Shown in pieces: positions 1 to 8,532 of a stretch of DNA of 34,364 bases. The notes beneath the pieces are model-generated. The model ran no database searches and was not told the origin of the DNA. It saw only the letters and a program-made list of their open reading frames with translations. Positions within the stretch are counted from its first letter, which is position 1, and each line of letters starts with the position of its first letter. The stretch is from NCBI GenBank assembly GCA_038831915.1, contig JAWBKB010000017.1, positions 1-34,364 of the forward strand. The letters are read 5' to 3'. This stretch comes from Candidatus Caldarchaeum sp. GTDB taxonomy: Archaea > Thermoproteota > Nitrososphaeria_A > Caldarchaeales > Caldarchaeaceae. Both the position numbers and the translations under genes were made by a program.

Positions 1-505
1 CGATTTGATTCAGGACATGAATGTAAAAATCTTCCTTTGCGTCGGGTCCGAAAACCTGCACGCTATCGTTGCCGACATTTTTTTCGAAGCTGAAAATCGC
101 TAATATCGGCCCGTCCAAGTGATTGAGGATGTCCAACTCGGAGACGTGTTTCACAGTTACGATTTTGCTTATGTCTTTGTTTTTGCCAAGTTGGTCGCGG
201 AACCCCTCGTAAAGCACGACATCGATTTTCTCGCGGTCGAAAATCTCCCAAAGCATTTGAATCGCTGAGCTATGTCGTCCGTAGAACAATACAGCAGTTT
301 CTTTAGGCGAAACGCTGGCAACTATCTGAGCCCCGCTCTGAGACATCCTGTAGGTATCCTTCCCTTCAGTGTCGATAGTGACTTCATGATGTATATGTTT
401 GACGGCTGCGACCTTAAACCCATCCCTTGACAACCTCTCAATCAGATACGATACGACAGCGGTTTTACCTGATTTTTTCGCACCGATCACCGCGATATGT
501 TTCAT
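1..505 (-). CDS. mobB: Molybdopterin-guanine dinucleotide biosynthesis protein B (3' end runs off the window)
   Basis: Not in the ORF track. Manual translation from ATG at 505 gives MKHIAVIGAKKSGKTAVVSYLIERLSRDGFKVAAVKHIHHEVTIDTEGKDTYRM...GA...VLYEGF. It has the P-loop GxKxSGKT plus the VKH and GKDT motifs typical of MobB, and is open to the window edge. Confidence 0.88.
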   Translation of the reverse strand, partial: MKHIAVIGAKKSGKTAVVSYLIERLSRDGFKVAAVKHIHHEVTIDTEGKDTYRMSQSGAQIVASVSPKETAVLFYGRHSSAIQMLWEIFDREKIDVVLYEGFRDQLGKNKDISKIVTVKHVSELDILNHLDGPILAIFSFEKNVGNDSVQVFGPDAKEDFYIHVLNQI

Positions 506-564
506 ACACAATTTTATCGAATATGGCGGGTATTAATCATAGAAGTTTGCCTCAGCCCGGCTCC

Positions 565-576
565 AAACCTTTAAAA
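565..576 (+). promoter_or_regulatory. BRE/TATA box for the leaderless 602 ORF-rpiA unit
   Basis: AAACCTTTAAAA, with TTTAAAA ending 25 nt before the TTG at 602. Confidence 0.6.
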
Positions 577-601
577 CAACGATGAAAAGGATTTCTACAG
601 G

Positions 602-862
602 TTGCTGGAAGACCTGCTCATATTACTAATTGCTTTCACTGCGACAACGTTAGCCGGCCTAATGTATGCTTTTTTCGGAAACCCAGCCCGACAGAAAAAC
701 GAAACCATAATCCACATAGATTGGAAAAATCTTCCACCTCTTGTCGACACCAGGTTTTCGCCTCTGCTTCTTCAAACAGAGGAAAGGGTGAAATCACTTG
801 AAAGAAGGGCCGCCGAGGTTCTAGGTGAGTTCAAGGATGAATCCGAAAAGGATGGCGGCTAA
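602..862 (+). CDS. Small hypothetical membrane protein (single N-terminal TM helix)
   Basis: 86-aa ORF with a hydrophobic N-terminus (LLILLIAFTATTLAGLMYAFF), a TATA box at leaderless spacing, and an overlap with the rpiA start. Confidence 0.65.
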   Translation: MLEDLLILLIAFTATTLAGLMYAFFGNPARQKNETIIHIDWKNLPPLVDTRFSPLLLQTEERVKSLERRAAEVLGEFKDESEKDGG

Positions 863-1502
863 GCTTGCGGTGGAACACATCGCGGACGGAATGGTCGTCG
901 CAATCGGTAGCGGGTCAACGGTTTCGATGATCATCGAAGAGATCGAATCAGCGGGAAAACAGGTAAAAATAGTCCCGGCCTCGTGGCAGTCTTTTCACGA
1001 GTCAGTCGAAGCGGGGTTTGAAATAGTTTCTCTCGACCGTTTTCCTTTTCCAGATATTTATCTTGACAGCTTTGACCAAGCCACGAGAAAGGGCGAAATG
1101 GTCAAAGGCGGAGGTGGTGCGATGCTACGTGAAAAAATTTTGGCAGCCGCTTCTCGTCGCCGAATATTCGTTGGTGAAGGACACAAAATCGTTGAAAAGC
1201 TCAACAGGCCCGTTCCCGTAGAAATAACACCTTTCGCAACGGGCTTTGTGGCTGAAAAACTGAAAACTCTAGGAGCCCGGCTATCGCTTCGCGTCTCAAA
1301 TGAAAAAAACGGACCCATTATATCAGAAAACGGCAACTTTCTCGGGGACGCTGATTTTGGCGAAATAGATGAGCCGGAGAAAGTGGAGAAAATTCTCCGC
1401 CAAATACCGGGAATTCTGGAAAACGGTCTCTTCATCGGATACGCCGACATGTTAGCAATTGTTAACCTCGACGGTAGAGTCGAAAAAATTGTTTTCCGCT
1501 AA
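837..1502 (+). CDS. rpiA: Ribose-5-phosphate isomerase A
   Basis: GSGST, DxxD, KGGGGAMLREK, PVPVE and ENGNF motifs. ATG 837 is preferred over GTG 825 because a GGTGA Shine-Dalgarno lies at 824-828. Confidence 0.92.
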   Translation: MNPKRMAAKLAVEHIADGMVVAIGSGSTVSMIIEEIESAGKQVKIVPASWQSFHESVEAGFEIVSLDRFPFPDIYLDSFDQATRKGEMVKGGGGAMLREKILAAASRRRIFVGEGHKIVEKLNRPVPVEITPFATGFVAEKLKTLGARLSLRVSNEKNGPIISENGNFLGDADFGEIDEPEKVEKILRQIPGILENGLFIGYADMLAIVNLDGRVEKIVFR

Positions 1503-1532
1503 GCATAATAAGACCCTTAACGCAGTCACAGC

Positions 1533-2114
1533 GTGACAGATTTAAGTAGTGCAAGAATGATTGGCGGCATCGGCTCGATCTTACTCATGCTTGTAATTGT
1601 GCCAAGCGTCGGGCCCATTTTAAGCATCGTCGGATTTGTCCTCGTGCTGCTTGCGTTGAAATATGTTTCGACCGCTGTCCAGCAGCCGGCAATTTTCCAG
1701 AACGCATTATACGCGGTCATCATCGGAATAATCGGAGCGGTCGCTGCGCTAGTTCTGGGAGGTGCTGCGCTGCTCACCGCATTAACTGGAGGGTTTGGCG
1801 AACTTGGTCCAGGACAGCCCGAGCCAGACTTTTTCACTTTTCTAACCGGTATACTAATCGCTGTCCTAGTAGCGTGGGTTTTCTCCGTCGCCTCATCAAT
1901 CTTCCTCCGTAAATCGCTGAACCTGACAGGAGATGCATTAGGCATCAAACTCTTTAAAACCGCGGGACTGCTTGTGCTACTCGGCGCGGCGCTGACAATC
2001 ATACTGGTGGGATTCATTATATCGATTATCGCGTACGTCTTGATGGCTGTCGCGTTCTTCCAAATTCCACAAGTAGGAGGTCAACCACCTCCACCGCCTC
2101 CACCGCCACCCTAA
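1533..2114 (+). CDS. DUF996-like multi-pass membrane protein with C-terminal poly-Pro tail
   Basis: ARMIGGIGSIL...LSIVGFVLVLLALKYVS and LFKTAG...IILVG...AVAFF patterns match the archaeal DUF996 family. Several TM helices. Confidence 0.75.
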   Translation: MTDLSSARMIGGIGSILLMLVIVPSVGPILSIVGFVLVLLALKYVSTAVQQPAIFQNALYAVIIGIIGAVAALVLGGAALLTALTGGFGELGPGQPEPDFFTFLTGILIAVLVAWVFSVASSIFLRKSLNLTGDALGIKLFKTAGLLVLLGAALTIILVGFIISIIAYVLMAVAFFQIPQVGGQPPPPPPPPP

Positions 2115-2854
2115 ACCTCAACCAGAGATATCAAAGACTTTCTTAGGGATTCACAAAAACCCTCATCTTTTATCCAAACCGCCACTGGTTCATCATCGAA
2201 CGGCAAACCAATCAAAGCTTCGCCCTTATCTGTCACGAGTATGTCGAGCAAAACCGTTGAGTTGACGAAAACCTTCGCATGCATTTTCGCGAAAAACATC
2301 TTGTCATGTTCGTCGGGCTCAACAGATGGATGCAGAATAAACACGTAATTCTTCCCTGCGAATCGGCTGACTAATTCCTTAAAGGTTTCCTTCAGCTTTG
2401 CGGCTTTACGTACGGCAAACACAAATTCGTCAGCATGTTCCACCATTTCTAAAAGCTTGACAACCAAGGGCGAAAGACCGCGGATTATAGCAGTATCGCT
2501 TTCATGGCCCGACTCCTTTTTGAACTTCCTAACCAAGGCAAGCAAACTCTCTAAATTTTTCGTCTTCGCGGCGAATTCACCTTCAATTCTTTCACGTTCA
2601 GCCATCAACCAATTGGCGAAGGCGAGAGAGGGGTTTGACGCGAAATATCCACGAGTTGTTTTCTGAATAAAGCCCATTTGACACAAAGTAGCGAGTACGT
2701 CGTAAACTCGTGTTTGAGGAATTCGCGTTCTACGGGCTATCTCCATGGGTTTGGAATAACCTGAAACCACCGCCACGTATGCCTTCGCCATGTAATGATT
2801 GAAGTTGAAAGATTCTTGAAGGATTTTCACTACCCTGTTTTCAGGAGATTCCAT
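2111..2854 (-). CDS. TrmB-family transcriptional regulator
   Basis: N-terminal wHTH (AKAYVAV...EIARRTRIPQTRVYDVLATL...GF), a coiled coil, and a C-terminal effector-like domain. Confidence 0.85.
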   Translation of the reverse strand: MESPENRVVKILQESFNFNHYMAKAYVAVVSGYSKPMEIARRTRIPQTRVYDVLATLCQMGFIQKTTRGYFASNPSLAFANWLMAERERIEGEFAAKTKNLESLLALVRKFKKESGHESDTAIIRGLSPLVVKLLEMVEHADEFVFAVRKAAKLKETFKELVSRFAGKNYVFILHPSVEPDEHDKMFFAKMHAKVFVNSTVLLDILVTDKGEALIGLPFDDEPVAVWIKDEGFCESLRKSLISLVEV

Positions 2855-2878
2855 AAATTATGATGATTTGCGGCATCG

Positions 2879-2884
2879 TTTAAA
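2879..2884. promoter_or_regulatory. Palindromic TATA core (TTTAAA) possibly shared by two divergent genes
   Basis: TTTAAA lies about 25 nt from both the trmB ATG (2854, - strand) and the methyltransferase TTG/ATG (2910/2913, + strand). Confidence 0.5.
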
Positions 2885-2909
2885 TTTCCGCGTCAACTTT
2901 TCGAATTCG

Positions 2910-3617
2910 TTGATGGTTCGTCGAAGCTACGGGTTGGCCGAAGACTGGGGAAGAGTAGTCAGTTCTCTGGAAAAACTGGCACCGTTTTACAATAGGTTCA
3001 ACGAGACTATTTCGTTTAGAACGGACCGGACCCTTCGCAGGAAATGTGTTGAGAATAAATCTGTCCAAGGTGTTGTTTTGGACGCTGGGTCTGGGAACGG
3101 AATTTTCAGCAAAATTCTTCTCGAAAACGGAAGAGACGACGTCGAAGTAGTTCTGCTCGACGTTTTGCCAACTATGCACAAGGAGTCGTTGAAAACTCTG
3201 CCTGCTGGAAAAATCAACGCGGTTCTAGCCGCTTTCGAAAACATGCCATTCCGCGAAGATTCCTTCGACACGGTGTTGATGGGGTTTTCATTAAGGGATG
3301 CCCGAAACACCGAAAGCGCTTTGAAAGAAGTTAGCCGCGTCGCTAAAACTCAAGGAAAACTGCTAGTGTTGGACCTCGGCAAACCAGACGATAAAATCAA
3401 ATCAGCATTTGTAGGTCTTTACTGGAGAATTATCGCCCCGCTGATCGCGTTTATCCGTTTTGGGAAAAAAGGGCTGATAGCTTCAGCCATCCACGTGACG
3501 TATAAACGGCTACCGCCAAATTCCATCCTTAGGAATTTGACGGAAAAGTATTTCCGCACAGTCAGCTTAACGGAGAAAATTTGGGGCGGAGTTATTATCA
3601 TTGAAGCATTCCGATAA
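2910..3617 (+). CDS. UbiE/MenG-like class I SAM-dependent methyltransferase
   Basis: YNRFNETISF..D..LRR, VLDAGSGNG, MPFREDSFD, GFSLRD and LVLDLGKPD motifs. Start moved from 2868 to 2910/2913 on TATA spacing. Confidence 0.85.
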   Translation: MMVRRSYGLAEDWGRVVSSLEKLAPFYNRFNETISFRTDRTLRRKCVENKSVQGVVLDAGSGNGIFSKILLENGRDDVEVVLLDVLPTMHKESLKTLPAGKINAVLAAFENMPFREDSFDTVLMGFSLRDARNTESALKEVSRVAKTQGKLLVLDLGKPDDKIKSAFVGLYWRIIAPLIAFIRFGKKGLIASAIHVTYKRLPPNSILRNLTEKYFRTVSLTEKIWGGVIIIEAFR

Positions 3618-3667
3618 AGCTCTGACTCAAAACATTTTTAAAGAGTAGAACACCGATATGGCCGTTA

Positions 3668-5131
3668 ATGGAAGCCGTAGACCGTGGAAAATCAGTCTTT
3701 TTAACTGGTCATACGGTGTTCGACCACATCTTTCATGTCAGAAAAGGAATGACCGTTCTAATTTCAGACGAAACGTTTAGTGAAGCACGTTCCTTCCTCA
3801 ACGTACTTCTGAAAAGACATCGTAACTGGATAATATATTTAGTAACCTCGCGGCATCCTGCCATGGATGCACAGTATTTTGCTGTTCCACTCGAATCGCT
3901 GCAGGATCTTTCCATCCATGTGAATCAGAAGAGAAGAAGCGACCGTGGGAAAATTTTCATTCATATGTATCTGCCGGAGCTTTTGATACGTCACAACTCT
4001 GAAGAAGTGCTCAAGGTTCTCGAACTTTGGCAGAAAGACGTTGTCAATTCAGAGACCATCGAGTTCTACCTACTCCCCCGCAATACATTCGAAGAGTTCG
4101 AAAGAAAGGCCCGGGCAATCGCCGACGCGGTCATAGACATCCAAGTCGTGAAGCAGAACGGCAGATTCGTTTATTTCTTCACACCCATAAGGTCCTGCGC
4201 GCCGAGCTACCATCTCAAAAACATTCAGTTCGACATAATGGATTCCAGGCTGCTGATTGAATGGGAAGGAGTTCTGTTAGAAGATTTGCCTTCCAAAATT
4301 GTTACGGCAGACGAGGTGAGAGAGTTGATCGAGATGAATGGAGACGAAGTTGTGCTGAGAAGAAACGACGTTTCCATGGAAAACCTCGGAGTGAATGATT
4401 ATGTTTTGTTGACTACTGTGGATGGGATGAAGGTGTCCGACTTGAAACTCATTTATCCTGATAAATGGGAAGAGGTCGCTGCGAAAGTCGTACAGTTGGT
4501 GGTCGGCGGTGTACTGAGCATAGAAAGGAAGAAACCCGATGTTACTTTTCCGAAAAGAAATCGTCTGAAATTCAAAAGTAGACTTTTGTTGAGTGTTCCG
4601 ACTGATGTTGCGCTAATCTTGGTTTCTCTTTTCAAGAGTTTTTTGGGGGTAAGGATTCGAACCGTTCCTTTCGAGGCACACATCGCCGTGCTCGACTCCA
4701 TGAGAAGCATACTAAACCTTGTATTTATGAAAAATCCGGAACTAAGAAAAGAAGCGGAGCGGGCTACAAGGTATGTCGGGGAACTATCTGCTCGAAAAAC
4801 CGCGCTCGAATACATTACCAGGCTCGAAGGAACACCTTACACGAAGTTTCGCGTGGATGATGTGCCTAAACTTATCACTATAGCGTTGAAAGCAGGCTGG
4901 GGTTTGGACATAAAGTTTTTGTCCACAGGCATGGATGCATGGGCGTTCGAGCTGAATAAATGTCATCTATGCGAAGGTGTAAAGAGCGACGAACCTTTCT
5001 GCGACAAATTTGTTTCCAGCGTAGTGGTTGGCGTCATAGGTGTATGTCTCAAAAAACGCGTTGAATGCTATGAAATTACATGCAAGGCAACAGGGGCGGA
5101 CAAATGTAGTTTCAGAGTCGCATTGCTCTAG
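3668..5131 (+). CDS. Inactivated KaiC/RecA-like ATPase domain fused to a wHTH-like segment and a C-terminal V4R domain
   Basis: The N-terminus (TGHTVFDHIF..RKGMTVLI) is KaiC-like but has no GKT Walker A. ADAVIDI strand present. The C-terminus (CHLCEG..PFC...GVI...VECYEITCKATGADKCSF) is a V4R signature. TATA (TTTTTAAA) at about 3636-3643. Confidence 0.75.
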   Translation: MEAVDRGKSVFLTGHTVFDHIFHVRKGMTVLISDETFSEARSFLNVLLKRHRNWIIYLVTSRHPAMDAQYFAVPLESLQDLSIHVNQKRRSDRGKIFIHMYLPELLIRHNSEEVLKVLELWQKDVVNSETIEFYLLPRNTFEEFERKARAIADAVIDIQVVKQNGRFVYFFTPIRSCAPSYHLKNIQFDIMDSRLLIEWEGVLLEDLPSKIVTADEVRELIEMNGDEVVLRRNDVSMENLGVNDYVLLTTVDGMKVSDLKLIYPDKWEEVAAKVVQLVVGGVLSIERKKPDVTFPKRNRLKFKSRLLLSVPTDVALILVSLFKSFLGVRIRTVPFEAHIAVLDSMRSILNLVFMKNPELRKEAERATRYVGELSARKTALEYITRLEGTPYTKFRVDDVPKLITIALKAGWGLDIKFLSTGMDAWAFELNKCHLCEGVKSDEPFCDKFVSSVVVGVIGVCLKKRVECYEITCKATGADKCSFRVALL

Positions 5132-5385
5132 CTCTCGGTAAATTTTTTCCCAAACTTTGTTTAGCGGCTATTTCCTTGTATCACCTCCACTTCGCATCGG
5201 TAAATTTGCTTCTACATTCCACAAAGCGAAAAAAGTCTCAGCAAAATTAATGCGATAGGTCTTCTAAACTTTTTTCAAGAATTTGATATACTCCGGGTCG
5301 GATGGTGTAACCGAAAATGGCTTTTCTATTGCTGCAGGATAGTTTTCTAAGCATGAAGAAATTTTTCAGCATCCAAATTATGATG

Positions 5386-6138
5386 TTAGATTACTTTCTC
5401 CGTTGGAAAGACCTCTATTCCACCTCTTGTGAATCTATAGGGATGGGGCTCGACATCGTGATTGACGGCTCTCATTTTCTCGATGTGCAAAGACCTGACG
5501 ACCGATGAATTTTTGGCCTGCTTACGGAGAATTATCACACCGTCAGCCAAATATTCTTCAAACTGGTACGGCCTATCAACTCCGCTCATACGTAGCTCGG
5601 TAATTAGCAGAGTCGTGCATCTTAAAGGTGTGATGCCCTCTAGTAATTCCATGAACGCGGCTCTTCTTTCAGCCGCCCTCGGATACTGTATGAAAAACGA
5701 CGTCAGTGAATCTATCACCAATCTTTTTGCACCGATGTTCTTTACATGGTTGTTGATGGCCGCGATTAAAGCCGCCAATGAAAAGTCTTTCTTTCCTATC
5801 GATATTCCGCCTAACTTCACTTCACCAGGGATAGACCTTATAGGCGACGCGTCGACTATCGACAAGCTTCCTTTCGCGAGGAATTCAGTTATGTCAAGTC
5901 CTAGGTGTAACACGTTTCGGAGAATGCTTTCAGGCCTTTCATCTAAAGAGACGTAGACACCTGGTTCGCCGTTCCTGCATCCATAACGGAGAAACTGGAT
6001 ACCGAACGTGGTTTTACCCGAGCCTGGCGACCCCATTACCACTATGTTAAAGCCTTGAGGATATCCTTTGTTCTCGAGCAGCGCATCCAGCCCGGGAATA
6101 CCAGTAGGTACATACTGAAGTTCCGCCCCCGTAATCAC
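5386..6138 (-). CDS. Single-domain KaiC-like (RAD55/GvpD family) ATPase
   Basis: PTGIPGLDALL, Walker A GSPGSGKT, YVSLDE, Walker B LVIDS, EEYLADGVI and the KMR finger. Confidence 0.92.
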   Translation of the reverse strand: MITGAELQYVPTGIPGLDALLENKGYPQGFNIVVMGSPGSGKTTFGIQFLRYGCRNGEPGVYVSLDERPESILRNVLHLGLDITEFLAKGSLSIVDASPIRSIPGEVKLGGISIGKKDFSLAALIAAINNHVKNIGAKRLVIDSLTSFFIQYPRAAERRAAFMELLEGITPLRCTTLLITELRMSGVDRPYQFEEYLADGVIILRKQAKNSSVVRSLHIEKMRAVNHDVEPHPYRFTRGGIEVFPTEKVI

Positions 6139-6209
6139 GTTTGTAACATATATAACGCGAATATAAATTTGGTAAACCTTTATTCTCCGGCAACTGCCTG
6201 AAAATTGAG

Positions 6210-7031
6210 TTGCTGAAAAGCCTTAAGTTGGTTTACCCCGTTTTGGCCACACTTTCGTTGGCGGTTGTCTTTCAAGCCGTCGTTATGGAAAATTTTGCCA
6301 TTCCACCGCCTCCCGTAGTTCCTTTAGAGGAAACCAGCGGAGAGGTCGCGGAGTTGGTTTCTCCCGCACCTTATCTCAACACGTTGCTCATACTGGTCAT
6401 TATTTTTGCGGGAAGCCTTTTGATGATTCATCTTCTAAGGTATCGTCATCTATTGAAATTGTTTGTGACGACAATCTTGTTTGTGACGACTTGGTCTGTG
6501 ACGTTCGTCTATCTGGTGTTTTCTTTTGAGATTGATTGGATTTTTGTTTCTCTGTTTTCGGCTGTTGTGGCCGGTGCCGTAGTGTTTGGAGTTTTCTCCA
6601 CGAAGGAACATATCAACGTGTTGGCGTCTTCCTATGTGGCTTCAGCGTGTGGAGTTGTTTTCAGCAGTTCCCTGCCGTTTTACACATCCGTTGTGCTGCT
6701 GATAGCCGTCTCGGTATACGACCTTGTAGCGGTGTTCAAAGGCCATCTACGTATTTTGGGAGAGACAGACCTCTCCATCGTCAAGGGGCTTGTTGTCAAC
6801 TTCCATGGGCTGTCGATAGGTTTGGGAGACCTCTTCTTCTACAGTGTTTTGTTCAGCTTCGCCGCGAGCAACTTGGGATGGATTCCGGGAACTGCCTCCT
6901 TGGTTGGAATCTTGATGGGATACCTGCTCACCATAAAGTTGGCGGAGAAAAGGCCCATCGTTCCAGGACTGCCTTTAACGTTGGCCATCGGTCTGACTGC
7001 ATCGGGGGTCACGTACTTTATCGTGCCTTAA
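6210..7031 (+). CDS. Presenilin/signal-peptide-peptidase family (A22) intramembrane aspartyl protease
   Basis: Multi-TM protein with catalytic YD (SVYDLVAV), GLGD (IGLGDLFFYS) and a PAL-equivalent PGLP motif. Confidence 0.88.
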   Translation: MLKSLKLVYPVLATLSLAVVFQAVVMENFAIPPPPVVPLEETSGEVAELVSPAPYLNTLLILVIIFAGSLLMIHLLRYRHLLKLFVTTILFVTTWSVTFVYLVFSFEIDWIFVSLFSAVVAGAVVFGVFSTKEHINVLASSYVASACGVVFSSSLPFYTSVVLLIAVSVYDLVAVFKGHLRILGETDLSIVKGLVVNFHGLSIGLGDLFFYSVLFSFAASNLGWIPGTASLVGILMGYLLTIKLAEKRPIVPGLPLTLAIGLTASGVTYFIVP

Positions 7032-7033
7032 CC

Positions 7034-7900
7034 ATGTATACTGCTGAATACGTAGCAAATTGTTGTACTTCGGCTTTGCTGTTAGAGCTTGCGACAACAC
7101 CCAAGCCTGGATTAGTGGATAGAAGCTCCGACCCACAAATTTACGCAGAATTCGTCTTGTCGGCCATCTCGCTTCACCAACAATTTCTGAAAGCGTCGTC
7201 TCATCCGGTTGGGAAACTCGCGTTGAAAGCCTGCTCTGACATGCTGCGATGGCAGAGGGGTGGAAACACTCATCTCGGAAGCCTGCTTCTTCTCCTACCA
7301 TTAAGCAAGGCAGCATGCCACACAGGGAAATTCAACCAACTCCGAAGAAACCTTAGAAACATGCTACGCCGCATGGACCACCGCGATTTAGCAAACATCT
7401 TAAACTCTATCAAAATAGTTAACCCTGGAGCTCTCGGCCGTGTTGCATATCTCGATGCTCATTCAACGCGGACAAGTGAGGTAATTCGTCTGAGGAGAAT
7501 TCCCGTTGTCGAGGGGTTGAAGCCATATGTGAAAAGGGAGGTTGTCGCGCATGAATATGTGACGGGCTATGATGCGAGCTTCGTTCATGGATACAGCTTC
7601 ATGAAACAGAGGTTGGAACTCGAGGATTGGAATTCGGCTGGGATAAACACGTTTCTCAATATTCTCAAGCATCTACCCGACAGCCATATTTCTCGCCGAC
7701 GAGGATATCAAACGTCGGTAATGTTTTCTAAGCTGGCAGGCAGAATTCTCGATGCAGGCGGATTTTCAACCCATGAAGGCAGGCAAAGATTCAGACGTTT
7801 CTGTGAATTAGTGCGACGAACAGGGGTGAAGCCTGCTGCAACCGCTGATCTGTTGGCTGTCTCCTATTGTCTCGTTTTGTTGGAGGGCTGGAGGCCTTAA
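7034..7900 (+). CDS. citG: CitG-family (triphosphoribosyl-dephospho-CoA synthase-like) protein
   Basis: LLLELATTPKPGLVDR, GGNTHLG, DSHISRRRG and PAATADL motifs. The real start is ATG 7034, 2 nt after the presenilin stop, not 6536. Confidence 0.85.
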   Translation: MYTAEYVANCCTSALLLELATTPKPGLVDRSSDPQIYAEFVLSAISLHQQFLKASSHPVGKLALKACSDMLRWQRGGNTHLGSLLLLLPLSKAACHTGKFNQLRRNLRNMLRRMDHRDLANILNSIKIVNPGALGRVAYLDAHSTRTSEVIRLRRIPVVEGLKPYVKREVVAHEYVTGYDASFVHGYSFMKQRLELEDWNSAGINTFLNILKHLPDSHISRRRGYQTSVMFSKLAGRILDAGGFSTHEGRQRFRRFCELVRRTGVKPAATADLLAVSYCLVLLEGWRP

Positions 7901-7906
7901 CGGGGG

Positions 7907-8197
7907 TTATGCCCTAGAAAGGTAGATGAAAATGGTGAATCCCGCAAACCCTATAACGTTGAGGACGAGAAGTGGTGTCGCGATATGCGTGTTTTCCGAA
8001 AATGACAGAGACATCATGTAGAAAATGTATGCAGCGTAGAGATGCTGGACTAAGAAAACCGCTGTAAGGGCGACAAGGGCGTTCGTGAATTTAGTCCGCG
8101 CATACTTTCTCGTGAGAAGATAGTTTCTCAAAGAATATAAAAGGCCTGCGACTATCATCAGTGAAAGCAATATGTTTGTCAGCCAGAATGGGCCCAT
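7907..8197 (-). CDS. Small 3-TM membrane protein coupled to the ArsR-like regulator
   Basis: 96 aa with three hydrophobic segments. Overlaps the upstream HTH gene by 19 nt. Confidence 0.75.
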   Translation of the reverse strand: MGPFWLTNILLSLMIVAGLLYSLRNYLLTRKYARTKFTNALVALTAVFLVQHLYAAYIFYMMSLSFSENTHIATPLLVLNVIGFAGFTIFIYLSRA

Positions 8198-8505
8198 GCG
8201 ACACGCGCCCTTGATGAAAAAGCTTCCTCAATTATCGAATCCAAGACATCCATATTTTCCAACACTATCGGAGTTAGTCGATATTTGACGTCGTATTTCC
8301 CGTGCTCGGCTTCGACGAATTTGTGTTCCGTCAATATTTCAAGGTGGTGCTGTATGGTTTTGTAGTTTAGCTTGAGGGAGGTAGCGATTTTGTTTGCGTT
8401 CGCGGGGCCATCACGTAGTTTTAACAGTATCAGGAGCCGTGTGGGGCCTCCCCTTGTGCCGCAGAGTAGCCACCAGAACAGTCTTCTTATCGGCCTGTCC
8501 GCCAA
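8179..8505 (-). CDS. ArsR-like winged helix-turn-helix regulator
   Basis: RRLFWWLLCGTRGGPTR...PANANKIA..L.LNYKTIQHHLEIL, an archaeal ArsR-like subfamily pattern. Confidence 0.85.
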   Translation of the reverse strand: MADRPIRRLFWWLLCGTRGGPTRLLILLKLRDGPANANKIATSLKLNYKTIQHHLEILTEHKFVEAEHGKYDVKYRLTPIVLENMDVLDSIIEEAFSSRARVAWAHSG

Positions 8506-8532
8506 TTCATTGATAAGAAAAGTTCTTCTCTC

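Noticed and set aside
5132-5385. 254-bp gap between convergent genes, with an 11-bp direct repeat TCGGTAAATTT (5135, 5197) and short broken frames
   Set aside because: There are only two copies, no recognisable protein or RNA motif, and it is not a CRISPR. It may be a gene relic but that cannot be supported.
6536-7033. 166-codon N-terminal extension of citG in the ORF track
   Set aside because: It lies in an alternative frame of the presenilin gene and has non-protein-like composition. CitG homology starts at ATG 7034.
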